Part shown: positions 8,548 through 15,634 of the stretch, piece by piece | Numbering within the stretch: the first letter of the stretch is position 1 | Layout: each line of letters opens with the position of its first letter | IMG/VR virus record: IMGVR_UViG_3300002066_000001 | Source of the DNA: an uncultured virus (IMG/VR IMGVR_UViG_3300002066_000001) | Taxonomy: Duplodnaviria; Heunggongvirae; Uroviricota; Caudoviricetes | Reading direction: 5' to 3' (one strand) | DNA: 22,954 nt | Translations under genes and position numbers: made by a program | The notes under the pieces: model-generated | What the model was told of the DNA's origin: nothing | Seen by the model: only the letters and a program-made list of their open reading frames with translations | Databases searched by the model: none

Positions 8548-8844
8548 CTAAACTTTGTCGACGAACAGGGTGCAATGACACACTTTGTCGTTCCGCATCC
8601 CCTTGCAGGGGCAACAGGTGTCATAGTTCCTTGCAGCGGGCGCGATACAAGGACAGTAACCATCCGTCAACGTGAGGCGGTAACAGATGGCGAGAACGAT
8701 GTCCACATTAGGGTTTAACGTCATACCATAAAGTTCCGCGTTTTGCTGCGAGACTGTATGCACCTGTTCAATCCACCGCATTTCCTCGACTGTGAAGTTC
8801 GAGATGACGTCACTCGCGGCTGTCTTCTGTTCAGTCGTCAGCAT
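8548..8844 (-). CDS. ferredoxin:thioredoxin reductase catalytic (beta) subunit-like protein
   Basis: G..LNPN...GYCPC...CCPC...CHCTLFV gives the CPC/CPC/CHC signature; GAGGGGG RBS before ATG 8844. Confidence 0.9.
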   Translation of the reverse strand: MLTTEQKTAASDVISNFTVEEMRWIEQVHTVSQQNAELYGMTLNPNVDIVLAICYRLTLTDGYCPCIAPAARNYDTCCPCKGMRNDKVCHCTLFVDKV

Positions 8845-9145
8845 CTTGAAGTACCCCCTCGAGGGCGCGTTCAATCGCCTTCCATCCCCCTTCGTCGAAC
8901 ATATCTCCGACACGAACGATGGCGTACTCCTGATATGACCAGACTCTTCCGGTTGAGAGCAGAATACCGAGCGGTTCATCGTCATTGACGTATGAGAAGA
9001 CGATACCGTCGCTGAACGGCTGGATGCAGATGTCCGCTTCCTCGTCCTCGACCATCGGATAGGTCAGGAGCGTCTTCTTCTGAGAGTACCCGACGAACTG
9101 TGCGCCAAGGGACAGAATGCTGTCGATAGTCTCGTTGACAATCAT
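8831..9145 (-). CDS. hypothetical protein
   Basis: 104 aa, coupled to both neighbours. Confidence 0.7.
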   Translation of the reverse strand: MIVNETIDSILSLGAQFVGYSQKKTLLTYPMVEDEEADICIQPFSDGIVFSYVNDDEPLGILLSTGRVWSYQEYAIVRVGDMFDEGGWKAIERALEGVLQDADD

Positions 9146-9234
9146 TTCATCCTTCCATTACGGTTGCTACAGTACATAAGCCATAACAACAGTAAAAGCC
9201 ATGCAGCAAATCCCCACGCGATATTGATGGTCAT
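9142..9234 (-). CDS. 30-aa single-TM peptide, not in ORF track
   Basis: MTINIAWGFAAWLLLLLWLMYCSNRNGRMK; fills the gap, ATGA overlap at its 3' end. Confidence 0.6.
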   Translation of the reverse strand: MTINIAWGFAAWLLLLLWLMYCSNRNGRMK

Positions 9235-9235
9235 T

Positions 9236-9595
9236 TCACTCGTCGTCCCCTTTCTTTAACTCTACAACGTCCCTTTCGGGTCTATCGTCGCAGAAAACAT
9301 AGTGTTCACTACCTTCTGTCAATTGTGTTGTGCGGTGGAAGCCGGACTGCTTCCGGTAGAGTTTTCGAAGTTCAGCGATGCTGCTACCAATATTGACGGT
9401 GCGACACATCTTCTTCTGTTCGATGACAGAGAGCAGGTCGTGCATGAACTCCGGGTCATCAAGCAGGTAGTGCTCATGCCGAACGCTGAAGTTCCGGCGA
9501 AACAAACGATACACTTTCTCCTGCCATCGTTCATAGGCTTTTTCATCCACACGGTAGAGTCTCACGTCAAGCCGCCGCTTCATAAACGAGAGCAT
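9236..9595 (-). CDS. hypothetical protein
   Basis: 119-aa ORF in operon orientation; start uncertain. Confidence 0.65.
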   Translation of the reverse strand: MLSFMKRRLDVRLYRVDEKAYERWQEKVYRLFRRNFSVRHEHYLLDDPEFMHDLLSVIEQKKMCRTVNIGSSIAELRKLYRKQSGFHRTTQLTEGSEHYVFCDDRPERDVVELKKGDDE

Positions 9596-10064
9596 TCGTT
9601 CTCTCGCTCAATGCCGCATCTACCTCTTGCTTGAACAAGAAGTTGTACGCAATAGCATTACTTTGTGCCATGCCCTTACCAGTCCGTTGACAGTGCCAAA
9701 CGCTCCGGTGCAATGCCTTCGGTTCATTGATGACTTGTTCGCTGTCAACGTGATGCCCTTCAGAACCGGGAAATGGTTCGTTCAACGGGGTGAAGCCTAA
9801 CACACGATGCTTGGCACAACTCTTAGCACAAGATATCCTTGTTCCACCCTTCCAGTTTGCAGCAGAGATTTTTGCGCGAGTCTCGTCTGAAGGATAATGT
9901 CCTAGACAATTTGTATTTCCCTTCAACGCTGCAGAGAGTTTTGCCCGAGTTTCGGGTTTTGACATCGTCGCAACCATTTTTGCTCGCATTTCGGGGGACG
10001 GATTCTTGTGTGCTGCAGAGAGTTTTGCCCTCTGTTCATCCGTTGCGTGACTTCCTTTTCTCAT
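9567..10064 (-). CDS. NUMOD3-repeat, HNH-like putative homing endonuclease
   Basis: repeats like HATDEQRAKLSAAHK / PSDETRAKISAA; C-terminal PLNEPF.GSEGHH...LHRSVWH. Confidence 0.75.
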   Translation of the reverse strand: MRKGSHATDEQRAKLSAAHKNPSPEMRAKMVATMSKPETRAKLSAALKGNTNCLGHYPSDETRAKISAANWKGGTRISCAKSCAKHRVLGFTPLNEPFPGSEGHHVDSEQVINEPKALHRSVWHCQRTGKGMAQSNAIAYNFLFKQEVDAALSERTNALVYEAAA

Positions 10065-10081
10065 TTTTACCGTCTTCTTTT

Positions 10082-10408
10082 CTAGGTTATTTTTGTGAAG
10101 CCACGATAGGAGTCCGCTTTTTTACTTATACTCATATCCCGCTGTAAATTGTTTACGATGGTCTTTTTTCGGTCAAGAAGGTGCTCTCCCATTTCGAGGA
10201 CGCCTTCGAGTTGCTTGTAGAGTCTTCGGTAGGGCTCCAGCGTCTCAGAGAATCTATCGGCGTTCGCCACCAATTTGTGCAACTGTGGTTGTAAGCTGGC
10301 CGTGAGTTCCAGACCTCCCGAGGTGAGGGTGTCCCGAATCTCTTCCAAATCTTTCTCCAGAGATTCCTGAGCTTCGAGAATATGGTTGTCATCAATTTCT
10401 ACCCTCAT
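10082..10408 (-). CDS. coiled-coil hypothetical protein
   Basis: all-helical heptad pattern; ATGA coupling. Confidence 0.7.
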   Translation of the reverse strand: MRVEIDDNHILEAQESLEKDLEEIRDTLTSGGLELTASLQPQLHKLVANADRFSETLEPYRRLYKQLEGVLEMGEHLLDRKKTIVNNLQRDMSISKKADSYRGFTKIT

Positions 10409-10938
10409 ATCGCCAACCCAACTCTTTCCTGTCCGCTAAGCCATTGATAGACCAAGGCATTGATTTCTTCCATTCCTTGTCCTGTCCAGACGTTATGATA
10501 AACGCTGCGATGTAACCAATGTGGAACATACCAGACGTATTCTTTGTCCTGATGATGTCCTTCGCAACCGTCAAACGGTTCGTTAAGGGGGATAAAACCG
10601 AGAACCCTGCGTTTAGCCTTGCTCTTCCTTCGGTATTCTGCCACAATTTCAGGGTTGGCTTTCTGCCACTCTCTCACTCTGGCAGACACAACCCCGGGAT
10701 GTTCGACATCCCAAAGCCGACTTCTAACTAATGAATCGTCGCGACGCGCAGGATAGCGCTCCCTGTCATACGTTTTTAGCTTGTCGAGGTTCTTGACTCG
10801 ATAGTCTTTTTCGTATGCTCTAATCTCTTCTCCATGTTCCTCATAGCGAACTTTCATTCGGACAAGAGCCTTTGCTATTTCACTCTCTCGATGAGCGAGA
10901 TACCAATCATGTTGGTACTCTTTACCTTTCGCTGGCAT
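10405..10938 (-). CDS. HNH-like putative homing endonuclease (paralog 2)
   Basis: charged Tyr/Trp helical repeats; C-terminal PLNEPFDGCEGHH...LHRSVYH. Confidence 0.75.
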   Translation of the reverse strand: MPAKGKEYQHDWYLAHRESEIAKALVRMKVRYEEHGEEIRAYEKDYRVKNLDKLKTYDRERYPARRDDSLVRSRLWDVEHPGVVSARVREWQKANPEIVAEYRRKSKAKRRVLGFIPLNEPFDGCEGHHQDKEYVWYVPHWLHRSVYHNVWTGQGMEEINALVYQWLSGQERVGLAI

Positions 10939-10941
10939 TAG

Positions 10942-11700
10942 TTATATCTCCCTGTCGTTTTCCTGAAAGAAGGGAAAATATTGGCCATCCTTCATCACAA
11001 GACCACCAAGCATCCGTCGACGCGAAGCATTCGGCCTCACATATAGATACTCGATTGCCCCTTCCAGATACGAGCCACCGATGTCGTAAATAAAATGGCC
11101 GTTGTCCGCCTGACCGAAAGACGATGTGTGGCTGTGGGCGCAGATGGCATCCATCGAATACGCGAGTGCGTAGTTGTTGGCTACGCGCCCGGGAATCTTA
11201 CTGTATTCGCCCGGGTGTACGACGACGGCGGTTCTATAACCGTCTTCAACGAAAGCTAGTCCGTAGGGGCTGCTGATGAGATACTCGCGGTCGAACATAT
11301 CCGGGGTTATCTGCCCTTCCGTTTTGAAAGAGACACGGAAGTCATGTGTTCCATAGAGCACAAACTGGCGATTGAACCCATCCCTCAGAAGTTGGTCGGT
11401 CATCTTGTGCCATCCTTGTACTGCGTCCTTTGGGGTAGGTAGTCCATAACCAGCAGAAGTCTTTGGATGATTGTTCAGATACGGCCAGTCGAGGATGTCC
11501 CCGGCGTGAAGCCAGTCGTGAACTCCCATCTTCTTGGCAAATGCAACGAACCGTTCGAAAAATTCCGTTGAGAAGAACGGAAAGTGGTAGTCGCCAATGA
11601 TGGCGATACCAGCGGTCTTGATGTGCAAGACGTTCTTTTCGTGACTGGGGACATCGAACTGTGGGTATTTTTCTGTTATGAACTTTTTCATCATTGTCGT
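10942..11700 (-). CDS. calcineurin-like metallophosphoesterase
   Basis: GDYH, AGDILD, GTHD, VHPG, AHSH motifs; start at ACG 11700 or ATG 11694. Confidence 0.85.
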   Translation of the reverse strand, partial: TTMMKKFITEKYPQFDVPSHEKNVLHIKTAGIAIIGDYHFPFFSTEFFERFVAFAKKMGVHDWLHAGDILDWPYLNNHPKTSAGYGLPTPKDAVQGWHKMTDQLLRDGFNRQFVLYGTHDFRVSFKTEGQITPDMFDREYLISSPYGLAFVEDGYRTAVVVHPGEYSKIPGRVANNYALAYSMDAICAHSHTSSFGQADNGHFIYDIGGSYLEGAIEYLYVRPNASRRRMLGGLVMKDGQYFPFFQENDREI

Positions 11701-11753
11701 TACACGTTCTCCTTCAGCCGAATATCGGCTTTGGCATTGATTTCTGCCATGAA

Positions 11754-12017
11754 TCAATGTTGGGAGAAAAAGGAAGCGAGAGCCTTGCGACCGCGCGCCC
11801 TATCTTCTTCCAGAATTCTTTTTTCTTTGAACTTCTTTGCTATACTGAGATAGCTACGAAAGTGGTTGGTCTGATTGACTGCCGTGATTAGTTCATACGG
11901 CGTGTGAGAGGCTAGCAGTCTCGATATGACTGCAGCCTCTTTTGCATATTCAATCTCCTGCGGGGGTCGGAATGCCTCGAGGATGAGCAAGAAGCGTCTG
12001 ACTTGTGGGTTTGCCAT
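11754..12017 (-). CDS. hypothetical protein
   Basis: GGGGGTGA RBS before ATG. Confidence 0.65.
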   Translation of the reverse strand: MANPQVRRFLLILEAFRPPQEIEYAKEAAVISRLLASHTPYELITAVNQTNHFRSYLSIAKKFKEKRILEEDRARGRKALASFFSQH

Positions 12018-12315
12018 GTTCGTCTATCACCCCCTGCTCGATTAGTGGCTGGATGAACATCGTAAGTTCCAAATCCAGCGCTGTCTCAAATGTCAAGTGT
12101 ATTTCCTCGAGACCCTTCTCGCTCGCTTTGTCATAATTGCTTTCAGCGGGCGCAAGCATGTTCCATAAGTCGATGCGTGCGATGGCTCGCTGTTTACTGA
12201 TGTCGGTCTCGTCCGTAAACAAATCCATGACGTGTTCTGATGTGTTCTCGCCGTTCCAGAACTTGTGGTCGTGATAGAAAACTTCAAAATTTGTGACATC
12301 ATCAATCACGCGCAA
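11950..12315 (-). CDS. hypothetical protein
   Basis: AAGGAG RBS before TTG. Confidence 0.7.
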   Translation of the reverse strand: MRVIDDVTNFEVFYHDHKFWNGENTSEHVMDLFTDETDISKQRAIARIDLWNMLAPAESNYDKASEKGLEEIHLTFETALDLELTMFIQPLIEQGVIDEHGKPTSQTLLAHPRGIPTPAGD

Positions 12316-12475
12316 TGTTGTTCTCCTTTTTGACTGTATCCATCAAGTGCGCCACTTTGTCAACCAGTGTCGAGCGCGCGATGTCGTGCATCATTATCCA
12401 TTCGACGAGTTCTCTTGCCTCATCCTCTGCGTTCCGTAACTCAGATGGCGAAGGAGATGGCATTGTCTTCCTCAT
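12302..12475 (-). CDS. small hypothetical protein
   Basis: MRKTMPSPSPSELRNAEDEARELVEW...; start uncertain. Confidence 0.6.
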   Translation of the reverse strand: MRKTMPSPSPSELRNAEDEARELVEWIMMHDIARSTLVDKVAHLMDTVKKENNIARD

Positions 12476-12803
12476 ATTTTGCCGCTCTTCCAATTACAGC
12501 AAGTCGCTCTCCGGCTTGTTTCATTAACCCGAGCAACTCATTGAACTCCTTCTCTTGAATGATTTCGCCGAGTTGAATCTCTCGTTTTCTGATATGAATG
12601 TTTGCTGTGCCACCGTTCATTTCCACGGTCATCCCCTTGATAATGACTAGAAGGCTGTCGTCATTTTCGTCGACGTCTTCGTAGAAAACGGGAAACTTGT
12701 TAAAGTAGTCATCTGGAAGGTCTTCGACACAGAGAACATTTCTCCAACCGACAATCTTGAACCCTTCATTGAGTTCGACTGCTTGGATAACTGCCTGCTG
12801 CAT
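12441..12803 (-). CDS. hypothetical protein
   Basis: AAGGAG RBS before ATG 12803 (MQQAVIQ...). Confidence 0.7.
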   Translation of the reverse strand: MQQAVIQAVELNEGFKIVGWRNVLCVEDLPDDYFNKFPVFYEDVDENDDSLLVIIKGMTVEMNGGTANIHIRKREIQLGEIIQEKEFNELLGLMKQAGERLAVIGRAAKYEEDNAISFAI

Positions 12804-13848
12804 TCTTTTTTCTCCTTTTCTCGCTAACGTAGCGAATATAGTTATCCCATACAATACGCATAGGAACACTTGTTTCGATGGAAAGTTTAGTAAGGACTTC
12901 CTTTGTGACAAGCGAGTTATACTGTTTTGACAACAGGTCGAAGACCTCATCTGCATAATTCAGGTCTCCACGGTCAAGGGAAGCGAACTGATATAGTGGA
13001 GCACTTGTCCCCACCAACTTTCTGCCTGAACTCAGGTACTCGTCAGGGTCGATACCATCTGGCAGTATCACAACGCTCGAGATGTTTGTTTTCTCAAGGA
13101 TACGTTGTGTCGCCTGCCGCCCTGCTTCATCGCCATCGAGACAGAGGGCGACACGAGCCTTGCCAAGCATCTTCTGCTGTTCTTCCGTAAACTCCGTAGA
13201 CATGAGGCCAACAGCCATCGGGTATCCACGTTCGTGCGCCATGATAACGTCCGCTTGCCCTTCGAGTAACAGCACTTCGTTCCGGCTCCGGATAACATCT
13301 TTGGCGAGATTGTAACCGTAGAGAATTCTGCGCTTCTCGAAGATGTCAGAACCTCTTGAGTTAATAAACTTCGGCATTTCAGCAGTCAAGGTGCGAGCGG
13401 AGAACCCGCGCACGATACCCTGACCGTCACAGATGGGAAACAGGGCGCGCCCACGGAAGAGCCAGAAGTCGTTCGGCACTTCCGGAGGAGCGAGCCCCAG
13501 TCTGAACTTTTCGATGGATTTTGCAGAAAAACCCTTCTTTTCGATGTACTCACACCCGTGCTTCAGGAGGTAATCATGGGATGCTACTGTGAACTCTTCG
13601 TTCGCAAGTAGCCGTGGGTCGTTTGGAAGAAGCGACAACGCAGCCTCTTCCTTGGTTATGTGAAGTATCTCCGCAAGGAAGTCTATGGCGTTGCCCCCCC
13701 TATGACAGGAAAAACAGTACCAAAGTTCTTTTTCGGGATTGGCACTTAACGATGGACGGTCATCACGATGGAAAGGACAACTCCCAGTGTATTCCGCACC
13801 TGACCTTCGTAGATTGGGGATGTACCGTTCTAGCAATTCTATAAGCAT
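12766..13848 (-). CDS. dnaG: DNA primase (CHC2 zinc finger + TOPRIM)
   Basis: CPFH.D..PS...CFSC; FPI, GFSART, PKFINS; LLEGQADV and DGDEAG; DPDE; start ATG 13848. Confidence 0.95.
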   Translation of the reverse strand: MLIELLERYIPNLRRSGAEYTGSCPFHRDDRPSLSANPEKELWYCFSCHRGGNAIDFLAEILHITKEEAALSLLPNDPRLLANEEFTVASHDYLLKHGCEYIEKKGFSAKSIEKFRLGLAPPEVPNDFWLFRGRALFPICDGQGIVRGFSARTLTAEMPKFINSRGSDIFEKRRILYGYNLAKDVIRSRNEVLLLEGQADVIMAHERGYPMAVGLMSTEFTEEQQKMLGKARVALCLDGDEAGRQATQRILEKTNISSVVILPDGIDPDEYLSSGRKLVGTSAPLYQFASLDRGDLNYADEVFDLLSKQYNSLVTKEVLTKLSIETSVPMRIVWDNYIRYVSEKRRKKNAAGSYPSSRTQ

Positions 13849-14420
13849 ACAGCCCCCTCTTCTTGATGCTCGTTTAACCACCGATAGGCTAAGGCGTTGA
13901 TTTCTTCCATCCCTTCCCCTGTCCATTGATTGTGGTAAACGCTGCGATGCAGGGTCTTTGGGATATAGATAATGTGCCTGTCGTCGACGTGGTGCGCCTC
14001 GCAACCTTCGAATGGCTCGTTGAGCGGAACAAAGTCGAGAGCTCGTCGTTTTGCGTTTTGCTTCTTGTGCTTTGTTATCTGTTTCTGAGGATTATCCTTA
14101 CACCACATAGCGTTGTAGGCAGAGACCCTCTCAGGATTCTTCTCAACCCATGCCCTGCTACGAGCAATGGACTTTTCCGGATTAGCGGCATATTCTGTCC
14201 TCTTGAGAGTTCTGAACTTCTCAGGGTCTTTCTTGTATGCCGCTCTAACGCGAGCAATGAACTTTTCAGGGTCTTCCCCGTACTTCGCGCCGTGAGCGGC
14301 GGTGTCTTTTTCTCTCTCTACAATTGGTTTGCACTCAGGACAATACTTTTGTCTTCCACCTGTCGGGGTGTAAACTATTTCACACCGTTGACAGGTTCTT
14401 GTTTTGTGTTTGCGGGACAT
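13839..14420 (-). CDS. Zn-finger, HNH-like putative homing endonuclease (paralog 3)
   Basis: CQRC...QKYCPEC, (D/N)PEK repeats, C-terminal PLNEPFEGCEAHH...LHRSVYH; GGGAG RBS before ATG 14420. Confidence 0.75.
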   Translation of the reverse strand: MSRKHKTRTCQRCEIVYTPTGGRQKYCPECKPIVEREKDTAAHGAKYGEDPEKFIARVRAAYKKDPEKFRTLKRTEYAANPEKSIARSRAWVEKNPERVSAYNAMWCKDNPQKQITKHKKQNAKRRALDFVPLNEPFEGCEAHHVDDRHIIYIPKTLHRSVYHNQWTGEGMEEINALAYRWLNEHQEEGAVCL

Positions 14421-14439
14421 GTCTCTCTCCCTTATGGAT

Positions 14440-14585
14440 AGACAAGAACCCAACTCCTTTAATTGTCAAGGTACGACGGGGATTGGGTTCTGCCTTATGT
14501 ATGTGTGACTTCTGCGGGCTAGTTGCCCGCGTCCCTTTGAATCCCCCTGTTACCGGGAGGAACGATTCTCATCGTCCTTCCACTA
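14440..14585 (-). other. candidate structured RNA / leader between sigma and endonuclease genes
   Basis: gacgat-GAGA-atcgtt, gcgggc-aacta-gcccgc and a long ggcagaacccaatcc/ggagttgggttcttgtc stem. Confidence 0.45.
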
Positions 14586-14609
14586 ATAGAATAAACACCG
14601 ACCCCGCTT

Positions 14610-15131
14610 TCACAAGTCTCTATCAAGGAGATGTTTCAGGGAAACCTTTGCTTGTTTGACCCGGGCCTGTACTGCTTGATAACTGATGCAGTTCCGCTTG
14701 GCAAAGTCTTTTAGCGGCTCCCCTCCGTATTCGACATGTTTAATGGCGTCCTGTTGGGGGTTAGTCAGACCGGAAAAGGCAACCTTGACGGTCTCAATGA
14801 TAGCGGCATTCTTCAGGTACTCGTCATCCTTGAGGAAGAGTTCGTGGTCGACCATCTTCCCATCCTCGATGCAACAGACAACGATGCGCGCGCTTGTCCT
14901 TCCCTCCGCTTTCCAGTAGTTCAAGAGCACGTCCCGGCAGAGAGTGAACAGATGACCCCGTGCGAAGTCGTCCGAGAGGTTGGGGTTCTTCTGCATCCAT
15001 GTCCACAGGTACGCGAACGACTGCAGAATCAAGTCGTCGATATCGTTCTCCTGCATCTTTCCCAGTCTTTTATGGAAGTACCCCCGCACCCAACTCTTAT
15101 TTGCTTTGAAGACAACATCCATGCTACTCAT
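14610..15131 (-). CDS. sigma-70 family (ECF-like) RNA polymerase sigma factor
   Basis: region 2-like DIDDLILQSFAYLW...LFTLCRDVLLNYWK; region 4-like LTNPQQDAI...LKDFAKRNCISYQAVQARVKQAK. Confidence 0.85.
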   Translation of the reverse strand: MSSMDVVFKANKSWVRGYFHKRLGKMQENDIDDLILQSFAYLWTWMQKNPNLSDDFARGHLFTLCRDVLLNYWKAEGRTSARIVVCCIEDGKMVDHELFLKDDEYLKNAAIIETVKVAFSGLTNPQQDAIKHVEYGGEPLKDFAKRNCISYQAVQARVKQAKVSLKHLLDRDL

Positions 15132-15190
15132 ATCTTTCTCATGGGGAGAAAAGTCGTAGCCACGAGAAAGAAGAAGGAAAACTGAAGAAG

Positions 15191-15298
15191 AAAGAACTAC
15201 TACTTCTTTTAAAAGAACTACTACTTCTTTTAAAAGAATCTTTAAAGAAGCTAGTAGTATAGGTACTTGTACTATGAAGAACACATAGTACAAGTACC
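15191..15298. repeat. AT-rich 21-bp tandem quasi-palindromic repeats plus perfect 15-bp inverted repeat (candidate origin/operator)
   Basis: aaagaactactacttctttta x2 (15191-15232) plus a partial third copy; ggtacttgtactatg-N7-catagtacaagtacc (15262-15298). Confidence 0.8.
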
Positions 15299-15387
15299 CC
15301 GCCACGTAAACACACCATCCTTATTACCGTTTTCAATTCTGCCACTCCTTTATTGCATAATTTTGAAACGTTTCTATACTGTTCACA

Positions 15388-15425
15388 GGAGAGTCGAGAC
15401 TTCTGTTTCGTCCCAACGACTCTCC
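15388..15425. other. stem-loop
   Basis: ggagagtcg (15388-15396) / cgactctcc (15417-15425) enclosing an inner GGGAC/GTCTC stem on the minus strand. Confidence 0.6.
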
Positions 15426-15463
15426 CCCCTTAAAGTACCAGCCCGGGAGAATGCTGTTGTTCT

Positions 15464-15634
15464 TCAACCCCCTAAAGCCCCCGCCTCTCGGCGCTTCAAC
15501 TCATCGTATCCGGATTGCCACGCGTTGTGTGCCTCTAAACCAAGCCCCGTGTTGAAGGGGTTCGTTGTAACCGTTCCGCTCAGCAAATCATAGGCTGCGC
15601 AACGCGCTCCAGCATCAAAGGGTGTTTCCGGCAT
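15464..15634 (-). CDS. small Rmf-like fold protein
   Basis: PFDAG..A....G....NPF........WQSGY pattern; AAGGAGG RBS; TGATG overlap with dnaB. Confidence 0.5.
   Translation of the reverse strand: MPETPFDAGARCAAYDLLSGTVTTNPFNTGLGLEAHNAWQSGYDELKRREAGALGG

Noticed and set aside
10082..10408. UvsY-like recombination mediator call
   Set aside because: Only generic coiled-coil resemblance; no diagnostic motif
9567..14420. Group I introns or inteins hosting the HNH-like genes
   Set aside because: Flanking genes (dnaG, dnaB, nrdD, phosphoesterase) look uninterrupted and two of the three genes have no flanking non-coding space
14495..14520. AGAAGTCA matching hairpin-ribozyme loop A
   Set aside because: No loop B consensus and no complementary substrate strand
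15191..15240. CRISPR-like array, considered because of the Cas4-like gene
   Set aside because: Repeats are directly adjacent with no spacers, as are the 7239-7307 repeats; no other cas genes
15139..15345. 68-aa ORF and the hydrophobic N-terminal extension of the sigma ORF to 15305
   Set aside because: Both are low-complexity translations of the repeat block; an RBS before a TTG exists, so a peptide is not excluded, but support is too weak
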